Shown here: in pieces, positions 39,586 through 49,141 of the stretch
Layout of the letters: every line of letters starts with the position of its first letter
How positions within the stretch are numbered: position 1 is the stretch's first letter
DNA from: Thermodesulfobacteriota bacterium
Lineage (GTDB): Bacteria; Desulfobacterota; Desulfobacteria; Desulfobacterales; SURF-7
Length of the DNA stretch: 64,000 bases
Reading direction: 5' to 3'
NCBI GenBank assembly: GCA_049320885.1
Contig: JBMORA010000001.1
Location: 114,622-178,621 of the forward strand
Made by a program: the position numbers and the translations under genes
Notes under the pieces: model-generated
Told to the model about the DNA's origin: nothing
Databases searched by the model: none
What the model saw: the letters and a program-made list of their open reading frames with translations, nothing else

Positions 39586-41769
39586 CTACCTCATGGAAGG
39601 CGGCAGTTGGGTGAAATCATAATATTCGTAAAGACCGGTGTGAACGGAATTGAGATAGGTCAGCAACTGCTGGTCTGTATACCCATCGACGACATAACGC
39701 TTGATGAATCCCGTTTCAGCGCCGTTTTGCGAATTCCAGTTGGTGTAGAACATCCGGCCCTGGTGGAAGGTGTCGATATAGTATTTCCCGGAAAAGCAGG
39801 TGTTGAAGAAGATCATCTTGTATTTGCAGTCTTCCGGCTGGATGTCCTTGCTGTTGGTGGCATCTATGATGGTCTTGTTGCCGTACCGGGAGTCCTCGAA
39901 ATGGGACCGGTATTCGTCCTGGTTGTCGATGCGGGAGGACTGCCGGGTGTTGGCGGGGTTGACCGCGGACAGATAATCCGCGATCATCCGGCCGCTGCCA
40001 CTGCCGGTAAGGGTCACGGTGACCGCACCCTCCACCACCGGATAGGTGCCGATGGAAGCAGTCACATAATTGCCGGCCGGTGTGTCGGCGGGTTCCCGCT
40101 GGTTCAGGGTGACGGTCCCAAGCACGGTGTTGTTCTGTTGGATGGTGTAGGTCACGGCTGTATCATTGTTCGGATCCGGGTCATAGGTGACGGAAAAATC
40201 ATAGGTGCCGGCCGGATTTCTGGTAGGATAGAATGCCAGGGTATACGTGAAGGTGTCCGCAATCGTCTGGTTGGGGGTGAAACTGTAGGTATACCCGCGG
40301 AATCCATAGAGGGTGCTGTTTTTCTGCACCGCCCAGTTGCCGCTGTATTCCACGTGGCTGAATTCCGGTTTTGAGTTGACGATGAAATAACTCGGGTTGT
40401 TCACCGGATTCGGCTTGGCGCCCGTGGGGGAATACCAAGCCGAGCCGCTGCCCTGGAAGCGCTCGAGGTATTGGCCGTTGGACGAGGCTTCCACCCGGTA
40501 GTGGGTGGGATCGCCCGGCAGGGTATAGGTCAGGTAATAATTGTAAGCCGGCAGGCGGCCCGCCGGATCATCCCAGCCATAGGGCCATTTGGCGTCGCTG
40601 CCGTCCTGATAGATGGGCGTCCAGTTGGGATAGGCCTGGCTGTAGCGGAACCCGGCGGTGGTGACATCCACCATGTCCGAGGAGCAGTTGAAGATCAGGT
40701 TGTCGTCCACATAACGCACATTCTGGAGCGCGGTGTTAAACGGCGGGAAGGTCAGGCCCAGACCGTAATTGGAATGCCCGCGGATCAGGATCACGGCGCC
40801 CTCTTCCCGGACTGCAGCCAGGAATTGTTCCTTGGTCTTCACCGGGTGGAAGAAATAGGTCACCCCGTTTTTGGGACTGGTGTAACGCCAGATCCCGTCC
40901 ACCTTGACGGCGCCGTAGCGCGACAGGCTCTGGCCGGCCACTTCCGCGAAATTGGAAATGCCGCCGTAAATTTCCACGCAGTAGATATTTTCCGACGCGG
41001 AGGTCAGTTTGATGTAGGCCTCCTTCACCATGGTATCGCTGCCGAACTCATTGGAAGCGGTCAGGCTGACGGTATAGTCACCGTCTTGGTCATACACATG
41101 GGCCGGATTCTCCTCGAAGCTGGTCTGACCGTCACCGAAATCCCAATACCATTCGGTGGCCGCGCCGCCGGTGCTCAGGTCCGTGAACTGGATCGTGGCA
41201 GGCGCACCGCCGATGGTTTTATTGGCGGAAAACTCCGCCACCGGCGGCAGGGTGTTGATCACCTCGGTGAACTTCACCGCATCGGCGCAGGTGGTATAGG
41301 TGCTGTTGGTGCCGGTTATGGTGACTGTGTATACAATACCGGCCACGAAGGAATAGGTTCCAAGGACATTCCATTGCCCGCCGTTGACGCGCTGGTTGAC
41401 CCGGACCGTGGCGGTTCCGTTGGCATGCCGGATGGCAATGGGCGCGCTGGTCACCCGGTTGGCAAACACCGTCCACCAGGCGGAGACTTCATATTCGGCT
41501 GTGGTGGGCGGAATGAAGGTATAGGTATAGGTCGCATTGTTTTTGGCATAGATGCTGTCCACACCATAGGGATCCACGCCGCTGGAAACCAGCCACGTAC
41601 CGGTATAGGACGTTTCATTGTCGCCGTTGTCGATGATGATGTCGGCCGCGGCAGAGGCGAGCCCCACCACCATAGACAGTGTTAACAGGATAAATATACT
41701 GAATATACGGGCCGGAACCGGCCTCCATCTCGCATTTTTCTTTTCCGTGATGTTTCTGAAAGTGTTCAT
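39586..41769 (-). CDS. Secreted golvesin/Xly-CBD-like + PKD protein, 1 module (727 aa), putative His-Cys peptidase-like C-terminal region
   Basis: RBS ggag, signal peptide (ASA-), IIIDNGD..TGTW..YEVSAWW..VNQR.NGGQW..ADAVKF, PKD WYWDFGDG, GHSNYG and FFNTCFSG. Confidence 0.82.
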   Translation of the reverse strand: MNTFRNITEKKNARWRPVPARIFSIFILLTLSMVVGLASAAADIIIDNGDNETSYTGTWLVSSGVDPYGVDSIYAKNNATYTYTFIPPTTAEYEVSAWWTVFANRVTSAPIAIRHANGTATVRVNQRVNGGQWNVLGTYSFVAGIVYTVTITGTNSTYTTCADAVKFTEVINTLPPVAEFSANKTIGGAPATIQFTDLSTGGAATEWYWDFGDGQTSFEENPAHVYDQDGDYTVSLTASNEFGSDTMVKEAYIKLTSASENIYCVEIYGGISNFAEVAGQSLSRYGAVKVDGIWRYTSPKNGVTYFFHPVKTKEQFLAAVREEGAVILIRGHSNYGLGLTFPPFNTALQNVRYVDDNLIFNCSSDMVDVTTAGFRYSQAYPNWTPIYQDGSDAKWPYGWDDPAGRLPAYNYYLTYTLPGDPTHYRVEASSNGQYLERFQGSGSAWYSPTGAKPNPVNNPSYFIVNSKPEFSHVEYSGNWAVQKNSTLYGFRGYTYSFTPNQTIADTFTYTLAFYPTRNPAGTYDFSVTYDPDPNNDTAVTYTIQQNNTVLGTVTLNQREPADTPAGNYVTASIGTYPVVEGAVTVTLTGSGSGRMIADYLSAVNPANTRQSSRIDNQDEYRSHFEDSRYGNKTIIDATNSKDIQPEDCKYKMIFFNTCFSGKYYIDTFHQGRMFYTNWNSQNGAETGFIKRYVVDGYTDQQLLTYLNSVHTGLYEYYDFTQLPPSMR

Positions 41770-41880
41770 AGTCTCCGTTCTCCCATTGTTATCTTGATAC
41801 AAACAAGGATCATCATGTTGCGTGAATCCGGCCCACATCCATGGGCCGCATCCTTCCTGCTTTATGTACGGCATCAGTAG

Positions 41881-41896
41881 AGCAATAGGCATGCCA
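41881..41896 (-). promoter_or_regulatory. Sigma54 promoter
   Basis: The minus strand reads TGGCATGCCTATTGCT (GG-N10-GC). Confidence 0.78.
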
Positions 41897-42189
41897 CCCG
41901 CCCCTGCCGGTCACAAAGAAATCCATTGTTATATTATTATGTAATTTGAAATATTTATAATATTTCAAAATCGAGCGGTTCCGACATGCAACCGGCTTGT
42001 GTAATTGTTTTCCTATTTATCATGTACCATTTTACCGATATGCAGCACCTTACCGACTCATTTCTGCAACCCCGTTCCGTTGCAGGGAGGCATCCCACTC
42101 ATTTTTTGCAGCACCAGGGGGTATCCAGATGCTATCGTTGGAGTTTCTTGTGGATGAATGCGGCTGGCGCGGATGGCCGGGTGGGATCG

Positions 42190-42227
42190 TGCTCCCCGTG
42201 CGCCTGACAAAGGGCGCACGGGGAACA
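42190..42227 (-). terminator. 3' hairpin of paralogue 2
   Basis: tccccgtgcgcc / ggcgcacgggga stem, homologous to 39540-39576. Confidence 0.55.
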
Positions 42228-42238
42228 GGGCTGGCCTG

Positions 42239-45088
42239 CTACCTCATGGAAGGCGGCAGCTTGGTGAAATCATAGTATTCATACAGGCCCGGATGTACGG
42301 AATTGATATAGGTCAGCAATTGCTGATCCGAATATCCATCCACGACATAGCGTTTGATGAATCCCGTTTCCGCGCCGTTCTGCGAATTCCAGTTGGTATA
42401 GAACATCCGGCCCTGGTGGAAGGTGTCGATGAAATATTTCCCGGAAAAGCAGGTGTTGAAGAACATCATTTTGTACTTGCAGTCTTCCGGCTGGATGTCC
42501 TTGCTGTTGGTGGCATCCAGGATGGTCTTGTTGCCGTACCGGGAATCCTCGAAATGGGACCGGTACTCATCCTGGTTGTCGATGCGGGAGGACTGCCGGG
42601 TGTTAAGGGGATTGACCGCCATCAAATAGTCCGCGATAATCCGGCCGCTGCCGCTGCCGGTAACCGTAACAGTCACAGCCCCTTCCACCACGGGATAGGT
42701 GCCAAGGGAAACGATTACATACTTGGCTGCCGCCGTATCCGCGGGTTCCCGCTGATTCAGGGTCACGGTCCCGAGCACGGTGTTGTTCTGTTGAATGGTA
42801 TAGGTCACGGCCGTGTCATTGTTCGGATCCGGGTCATAGGTGACCCGAAAATCATAGGTTCCTGCCGGATTTCTGGGCGCATAGAATGCCAGGGTATAGG
42901 TGAAGACATCTGCTCCCGTCTGGTTGGGGGTATAGCTGTAGGTATATCCTATGAATCCATAAAGCGAGCTGTTTCTCTGGGCGGCCCAGTTGCCGCTGTA
43001 TTCCACGTGGCTGAATTCCGGTTTCGTGTTCACAATAAAATAACTCGGATTGTTCAACGGATCGGGCTTGGCACCGGTGGGGGAATACCAGGCCGGGCCG
43101 CTTCCCGCGAAGCGCTCGAGGTATTGGCCGTTGGACGAGGCTTCCACCCGGTAATGCGTCGGATCGCCTGGCAGCGTGTAGGTCAGGTAATAATTGTAGG
43201 CCGGCAGGCGGCCCGCCGGATCATCCCAGTCATAGGGCCATTTGGCGTCCGTTCCGTCTTGATAGATGGGGGTCCAGTTGGGATAGGCCTGGCTGTAGCG
43301 GAACCCGGCCGTGGTCACATCCACCATGTCCGAGGAACAGTTGAAGATCAGATTGTCGTCCACATAGCGCACATTCTGGAGCGCGGTGTTGAACGGCGGG
43401 AAGGTCAGGCCCAGACCGTAATTGGAATGCCCGCGGATCAGGATCACGGCGCCCTCCTCCCGGACCGCCGCCAGGAACTGTTCCTGGGTCTTGACCGGAT
43501 GGAAGAAATAGGTCACGCCGTTTTTGGGGCTGGTGTAGCGCCAGAGTCCGTCCACCTTGACGGCGCCGTACCGCGACAGGCTCTGGCCCACGACTTCCGC
43601 GTAGTTGGTGATGCCGCCGTAGATTTCAACACAGTAGATGTTTTCCGACGCAGAGGTCAATTTGATGTAGGCCTCCTTCACCATGGTGCCGCTGCCGAAC
43701 TCATTGGAAGCGGTCAGGCTGACGGTATAGTCACCGTCTTGGTCATACACATGGGCCGGATTTTCCTCGAAGCTGGTCTGGCCGTCGCCGAAATCCCAAT
43801 ACCATTCGGTGGCCGCGCCGCCGGTGCTCAGGTCCGTGAACTGGATCGTGGCGGGAGCGCCGCCGGAGGTTTTATTGGCGGAAAACTCCGCCACCGGCGG
43901 CAGGGTGTTGATCACCTCGGTGAACTTCACCGCATCGGCGCAGGTGGTATAGGTCGTGGAAACGCCGGTTATCGTGACTGTGTAGACCATTCCGGCTACA
44001 AAGGAAAAGGTCCCCAGGGAATTCCATTGTCCGCCGTTCAGGCGCTGGTTGACATAGACGGTTGCTGTTCCGTTTGCATGCTGGATGCGTATCGGCGCGT
44101 TTGTGACCCGGTTCGAATAGTAAGTCCACCAAGCGGACACTTCATATTCGGTAGTGGTGGGTGGAATGAAGGTATACGTATAGGCGGCATTGTTCTTGGC
44201 ATAAACGCTGTCGACGCCGTAGGGATCCACCGCAGTGGAAACCAGCCAGGTTCCGGTGAAGGAAGTGCCATTGTCCCCATTGTCGATGATGACTTCACCC
44301 GGATCTCCGCCGGTTCCGGCGCTGATGGTGATGTAGGCCGTCTTGACAGCCGTATCGCTGCCGAATTCATTGGCGGCGGTGAGGGTCACGGTGTACACGC
44401 CTTCCTGCTCATATACATGGGCCGGATTCTGTTCGGTACTGGTCTGGCCGTCGCCGAAATCCCACAGCCAATCCGCAGGAATACCGCCCGTGCTCCGGTC
44501 GCTGAACTGGATGGTGGAAGGAACCCCGCCGGTGGTCCTGTCCGCTGAAAAATCGGCTGCCGGCGGTAGCGTATTGATGATTTCGGTGAATTTCACCGCA
44601 TCCGCGCAGGTGGTGTAGGTGCTGTTGGTGCCGGTGATGGTGACCGTGTACACAACCCCGGCGACAAAGGAGAAGGTCCCCAGGGAATTCCATTGCCCGC
44701 CGTTCAGACGCTGGTTGACATAGACGGTTGTTGTTCCGCTGGCGTGCTGGATGCGGATCGGCGCGCTGGAAACCCGGTTCGAAAAATAGGTCCACCAGGC
44801 AGACACCTCGTATTCCGAAGTGGTCGGCGCCGTGAAGCTATAGGTATAGGTTGCGTTGTTTTTACAGTAGATGCTGTCCACGCCATAGGGGTTGACACCG
44901 CTCGATACCAGCCAGGTTCCGGTTGCGGAAGTCCCGCTGTCGCCGTTGTCAATGATCACATCGGCTGATGAACTGGCGGCTCCGAACACCAGCGAAAGGG
45001 ACAGCATGATCACAACCGGTAAAAAATAGGCGTGCAGCTGCCTTGGCCTCATTTTTTTCTTTTGCAAATTATTCTTGAATGAATTCAT
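42239..45088 (-). CDS. Secreted golvesin/Xly-CBD-like + PKD protein, 2 modules (949 aa)
   Basis: RBS ggagga, signal peptide (SSA-), two CBD+PKD modules, the same C-terminal region ending YEYYDFTKLPPSMR. Confidence 0.82.
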   Translation of the reverse strand: MNSFKNNLQKKKMRPRQLHAYFLPVVIMLSLSLVFGAASSSADVIIDNGDSGTSATGTWLVSSGVNPYGVDSIYCKNNATYTYSFTAPTTSEYEVSAWWTYFSNRVSSAPIRIQHASGTTTVYVNQRLNGGQWNSLGTFSFVAGVVYTVTITGTNSTYTTCADAVKFTEIINTLPPAADFSADRTTGGVPSTIQFSDRSTGGIPADWLWDFGDGQTSTEQNPAHVYEQEGVYTVTLTAANEFGSDTAVKTAYITISAGTGGDPGEVIIDNGDNGTSFTGTWLVSTAVDPYGVDSVYAKNNAAYTYTFIPPTTTEYEVSAWWTYYSNRVTNAPIRIQHANGTATVYVNQRLNGGQWNSLGTFSFVAGMVYTVTITGVSTTYTTCADAVKFTEVINTLPPVAEFSANKTSGGAPATIQFTDLSTGGAATEWYWDFGDGQTSFEENPAHVYDQDGDYTVSLTASNEFGSGTMVKEAYIKLTSASENIYCVEIYGGITNYAEVVGQSLSRYGAVKVDGLWRYTSPKNGVTYFFHPVKTQEQFLAAVREEGAVILIRGHSNYGLGLTFPPFNTALQNVRYVDDNLIFNCSSDMVDVTTAGFRYSQAYPNWTPIYQDGTDAKWPYDWDDPAGRLPAYNYYLTYTLPGDPTHYRVEASSNGQYLERFAGSGPAWYSPTGAKPDPLNNPSYFIVNTKPEFSHVEYSGNWAAQRNSSLYGFIGYTYSYTPNQTGADVFTYTLAFYAPRNPAGTYDFRVTYDPDPNNDTAVTYTIQQNNTVLGTVTLNQREPADTAAAKYVIVSLGTYPVVEGAVTVTVTGSGSGRIIADYLMAVNPLNTRQSSRIDNQDEYRSHFEDSRYGNKTILDATNSKDIQPEDCKYKMMFFNTCFSGKYFIDTFHQGRMFYTNWNSQNGAETGFIKRYVVDGYSDQQLLTYINSVHPGLYEYYDFTKLPPSMR

Positions 45089-45204
45089 ATTCATCCTCCG
45101 ATGGTTGTTGTCCCGCTTGGAAACAAGAATGCGCCATATTTTATGAATCCACCTGTCATCCATGTGGCGCGAACTTCCTAATTTTTCCTGTATGAACGTT
45201 TTAA

Positions 45205-45220
45205 CGCAATAGACATGCCA
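45205..45220 (-). promoter_or_regulatory. Sigma54 promoter
   Basis: The minus strand reads TGGCATGTCTATTGCG. Confidence 0.78.
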
Positions 45221-45501
45221 GCCCCGATACCAAAAAATGACGGGAAAATCAATTTTAATTTCTATTTTATTCAAACGAGTTATAAAATATTGCCGTCCAG
45301 CCGCGCTGGCCCGGAAAGAACTATGCAATATTTTTCCTATTTATTGTGAAAAAATATACCGAAATAGCACCGGTCCGTTATAGTCCAAATTCTGATTGAT
45401 CTCTATCGGCTTTTTTCAGATGGGAGCAGTCGCGGATGACAGGGAGGGTTCCGGTTTCCAGTGCATCCATCAAGGACGAACCGGAAACCGGGAATGGCCC
45501 G

Positions 45502-48500
45502 CTACCGCATGGAAGGCGGCAGTTTGGTGAAATCATAGTATTCATACAGGCCCGGATGAACGGAATTCACATAGTCCAGCAACTGCTGATCCGAATATCC
45601 ATCCACCACATAGCGTTTGATGAATCCCATTTCAGCACCGTTTTCCGAATTCCAGTTGGTATAGAACATCCGTCCCTGATGGAAGCTGTCGATGAAATAT
45701 TTCCCGGAAAAACAGGTATTGAAAAACATCATTTTGTATTTACAGTCTTCCGGACGGATGTCCTGGCAATTGGTGGTGTCCAGGATGGTCTTGTTGCCGT
45801 ACCGGGAGTCCTCGAAATGGGACCGGTATTCGTCATTGTTGTCGACCGCGAAGAACTGCCAGGGGATGGCCGGATTGAATGCCGCCAGACCATCCGCGAT
45901 CATCCAGCCGCTGCCGCTGCCGGTCAGGGTAACGGTGACCGCGCCTTCCGCCACGGAAAAGGTTCCAAGAGAGGCGAGCACATAACTCCCGGCCGGTGTG
46001 CCGGCGGGTTCCTGCTGGTTCAAGGTCACGGTGCCGAGCACGGTATTGTTCTGTTGAATGGTGTAGGTCACGGCCGGGTCATTGGTCGGCTCCGGATCAT
46101 AAGTGACTTTGAAGTCGTAGGTACCGGCTGGATTTCTGGGTGCGTAAAACGTCAGGGTATAGGTAAACGTATCGGCGATTGTCTGGTTGGGAGTGTAGCT
46201 GAAGGTATATCCCGCGATCCCATAAAGGGTGGCGTCTTTCTGCACCGCCCAGTTGCCGCTGTGCTCCACGTGGCTGTATTCCGGTCTGGTATTGGCGATG
46301 AAAACCTCCGGATTGCTCACCGGATCGGGCTTGGCGCCCGTGGGGGAATACCAGGCCGGACCGCTGCCGGCGAAACGCTCAAGGTATTTTCCGGTGGAGG
46401 AGGATTCCACCCGGTAGTGGGTGGGATCGCCCGGCAGGGTGTAGGTCAGATAATAATTGTAGGCCGGCGTGCGGCCCGCCGGATCATCCCAGGCATAGGG
46501 CCAAATGGCGTCCGTGCCGTCCTGGTAGATGGGCGTCCAGTTGGGATAGGCCTGGCTGTACCGCAGACCGGCCGTGCTGACGTCCACCATGTGGGAGGAA
46601 CAGTTGAAAATCAGGTTGTCGTCCACATAACGCACATTCTGGAGCGCGGTGTTAAACGGCGGGAAGGTCAGGCCCAACCCGTAATTGGAATGCCCGCGGA
46701 TCAGGATCACGGCACCCTCCTCCCGGACCGCGGCCAGGAACTGTTCCTGGGTCGTGACCGGATGCAGAAAATAGGTCACGCCGGTATTGGGATTGGTATA
46801 GCGCCAGATGCCGTCCACCTTGACGGCTCCGTACCGCGACAGGCTCTGGCCGGCGACTTCCGCATAATCGGTGATGCCGCCGTAAATTTCCACACAGTAG
46901 ATATTTTCCGACGCGGAGGTCAGCTTGATATAGGCCGCCTTCACCATGGTGTCGCTGCCGAATTCATTGGCAGCGGTCAGGCTCACGGTATACTCGCCCT
47001 CCTGCTCATACACATGGGCCGGATTCTGCTCGGTGCTGGTCTGGCCGTCGCCGAAATCCCACAGCCATTCGGTGGCGTTACCGCCGGAGCTCAGATCCGT
47101 GAACTGGATGGTGGCGGGTGCGCCGCCGATGGTCTTGTTCGCTGAGAAATCAGCTGCCGGTGGGAGCGTGTTGATGATTTCGGTGAATTTCACCGCATCG
47201 GCGCAGGTGGTATAGGTGCTGTTGGCACCGGTGATGGTGACCGTGTACACAACCCCGGCGACAAAGGAGAAGGTCCCCAGGGAATTCCATTGCCCGCCGT
47301 TCAGACGCTGGTTGACATAGACGGTTGCAGTTCCGCCGGCATGCTGGATGCGGATCGGTGCGTTGGTGACCCGGTTCGAAAAGTAGGTCCACCAGGCGGA
47401 AACTTCATATTCAGCCGTGGTGGATGGAATGAAGGTATATGTATAGGCGGCATTGTTCTTGGCATAAACGCTGTCGACGCCGTAGGGATCCACTGCAGTG
47501 GAAACCAGCCAGGTGCCGGTGAAGGAGGTGCCATTGTCCCCGTTGTCGATGATGACTTCTCCCGGGTCTCCGCCCGTTCCGGCGGTAATGGTGATATAGG
47601 CCGTCTTGACAGCCGTATCGTTGCCGAATCCATTGGTGGCGGTGAGGGAGACGGTGTACACGCCTTCCTGCTCATATACATGGGCCGGATTCTGTTCGGT
47701 GCTGGTCTGGCCGTCGCCGAAATCCCACAGCCATTCGGTGGGGATACCGCCCTCACTTTGATCGGTGAACTGGATGGTGGCAGGAGCGACACCGGTGGTT
47801 CTGTCCGCTGAGAAATCGGCTGCCGGTGGGAGCGTGTTGATGATTTCGGTGAATTTCACCGCATCGGCGCAGGTGGTGTACGTGCTGTTGGCGCCAGTGA
47901 TGGTGACCGTGTAGGTTATTCCGGCGACAAAGGAGAATGTCCCCAGGGAATTCCATTGGCCGCCGTTCAGGCGCTGGTTGACATAGACGGTTGTTGTTCC
48001 GCTGGCATGCTGGATGCGGATCGGAGCGCTGGAAACTCGGTTCGAAAAATAGGTCCACCAGGCAGATACCTCATATTCGGACGTTTTCGGCGCCGTGAAA
48101 CTGTAGGTATAAGCGGCATTGTTCTTGGCATAAACGCTGTCAACACCGTAGGGATCCAGCGCGGTGGAAACCAGCCAGGTTCCGGTTGCGGAAGTTCCAT
48201 AATCCCCGTTGTCGATGATGATTTCCCCCGGGTCGCCGCCTGTTCCGGCGGTAATGGTGATGTAGGCCGTCTTGACAGCCATATCGCTGCCGTATTCATT
48301 GGCGGCGGTGAGGGTGACGGTGTACACGCCCTCCTGCTCATACACGTGCGATGGATTCTGCCCGGTGCTGGTCTGGCCGTCGCCGAAATCCCACAGCCAA
48401 TCCGTGGGAATACCGCCCGTGCTCCGGTCGCTGAACTGGATGGTGGCCGGAACCATGCCGGTGGTCCTGTCCGCTGAAAAATCGGCTGCCGGCGGGAGCG

Positions 48501-49017
48501 TATTGACAATCTCGGTGAACTTCATTGCATCGGCGCAGGTGGTGTACGTGCTGTTGGCGCCGGTGATGGTGATTGTGTAGGTAATTCCGGCGACAAAGGA
48601 GAATGTCCCCAGGGAATTCCATTGGCCGCCGTTCAGGCGCTGGTTGACATAGACGGTTGTTGTTCCGCTGGCATGCTGGATGCGGATCGGGGCGCTGGAA
48701 ACCCGGTTCGAAAAGTAAGTCCACCAGGCAGACACCTCGTATTCCGAAGTTGTCGGCGCCGTGAAACTGTAAGTGTAGGTGGCATTGTTCTTGGCATAAA
48801 CGCTGTCAGCGCCGTAGGGATCCAGCGCGGTGGAAACCAGCCAGGTGCCGGTGGCGGAAGTCCCGCTGTCGCCGTTGTCGATGATGATGTCAGCCGCTTC
48901 ACCGGCCGTTCCAGCCGCCAATGTCAGGACCAGCATGATAACCACATGGAACAAAGAGGTCTGTAACCGCCAAAGCCACATGTTGTTCTTTTCCGCGTTG
49001 TTTCTGAATCTGTTCAT
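45502..49017 (-). CDS. Secreted golvesin/Xly-CBD-like + PKD protein, 3 modules (1171 aa)
   Basis: Signal peptide, three CBD+PKD modules joined by TAGTGGDPGE, the same C-terminal region; the MNRFRNN start parallels MNTFRN and MNSFKN. Confidence 0.82.
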   Translation of the reverse strand: MNRFRNNAEKNNMWLWRLQTSLFHVVIMLVLTLAAGTAGEAADIIIDNGDSGTSATGTWLVSTALDPYGADSVYAKNNATYTYSFTAPTTSEYEVSAWWTYFSNRVSSAPIRIQHASGTTTVYVNQRLNGGQWNSLGTFSFVAGITYTITITGANSTYTTCADAMKFTEIVNTLPPAADFSADRTTGMVPATIQFSDRSTGGIPTDWLWDFGDGQTSTGQNPSHVYEQEGVYTVTLTAANEYGSDMAVKTAYITITAGTGGDPGEIIIDNGDYGTSATGTWLVSTALDPYGVDSVYAKNNAAYTYSFTAPKTSEYEVSAWWTYFSNRVSSAPIRIQHASGTTTVYVNQRLNGGQWNSLGTFSFVAGITYTVTITGANSTYTTCADAVKFTEIINTLPPAADFSADRTTGVAPATIQFTDQSEGGIPTEWLWDFGDGQTSTEQNPAHVYEQEGVYTVSLTATNGFGNDTAVKTAYITITAGTGGDPGEVIIDNGDNGTSFTGTWLVSTAVDPYGVDSVYAKNNAAYTYTFIPSTTAEYEVSAWWTYFSNRVTNAPIRIQHAGGTATVYVNQRLNGGQWNSLGTFSFVAGVVYTVTITGANSTYTTCADAVKFTEIINTLPPAADFSANKTIGGAPATIQFTDLSSGGNATEWLWDFGDGQTSTEQNPAHVYEQEGEYTVSLTAANEFGSDTMVKAAYIKLTSASENIYCVEIYGGITDYAEVAGQSLSRYGAVKVDGIWRYTNPNTGVTYFLHPVTTQEQFLAAVREEGAVILIRGHSNYGLGLTFPPFNTALQNVRYVDDNLIFNCSSHMVDVSTAGLRYSQAYPNWTPIYQDGTDAIWPYAWDDPAGRTPAYNYYLTYTLPGDPTHYRVESSSTGKYLERFAGSGPAWYSPTGAKPDPVSNPEVFIANTRPEYSHVEHSGNWAVQKDATLYGIAGYTFSYTPNQTIADTFTYTLTFYAPRNPAGTYDFKVTYDPEPTNDPAVTYTIQQNNTVLGTVTLNQQEPAGTPAGSYVLASLGTFSVAEGAVTVTLTGSGSGWMIADGLAAFNPAIPWQFFAVDNNDEYRSHFEDSRYGNKTILDTTNCQDIRPEDCKYKMMFFNTCFSGKYFIDSFHQGRMFYTNWNSENGAEMGFIKRYVVDGYSDQQLLDYVNSVHPGLYEYYDFTKLPPSMR

Positions 49018-49125
49018 TACGTCCGCCCCCGGGTTTGTTATCTGAATCACTAAATGGTTTTGCCTGTTACAGCGTCAATCCGCCAGCACCTATGGTATCT
49101 ATTATCAATAGCGCCCCATCGCAAA

Positions 49126-49141
49126 AGCAATAGACATGCCA
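49126..49141 (-). promoter_or_regulatory. Sigma54 promoter
   Basis: The minus strand reads TGGCATGTCTATTGCT. Confidence 0.78.

Larger units (their letters stand above)
39586..49017 (-). repeat. Tandem gene triplication with six copies of a 666-bp intragenic module
   Basis: Near-identical nucleotide blocks; gene lengths of 2184, 2850 and 3516 bp differ by exactly 666. Confidence 0.9.

Noticed and set aside
42158..44548. Long + strand ORFs antisense to the paralogues (also 39481-40374, 40471-41685 and 45436-47145)
   Set aside because: Shadow frames of GC-biased genes. They recur only because the sense genes are repeated, are broken at different points in each copy and show no motifs.
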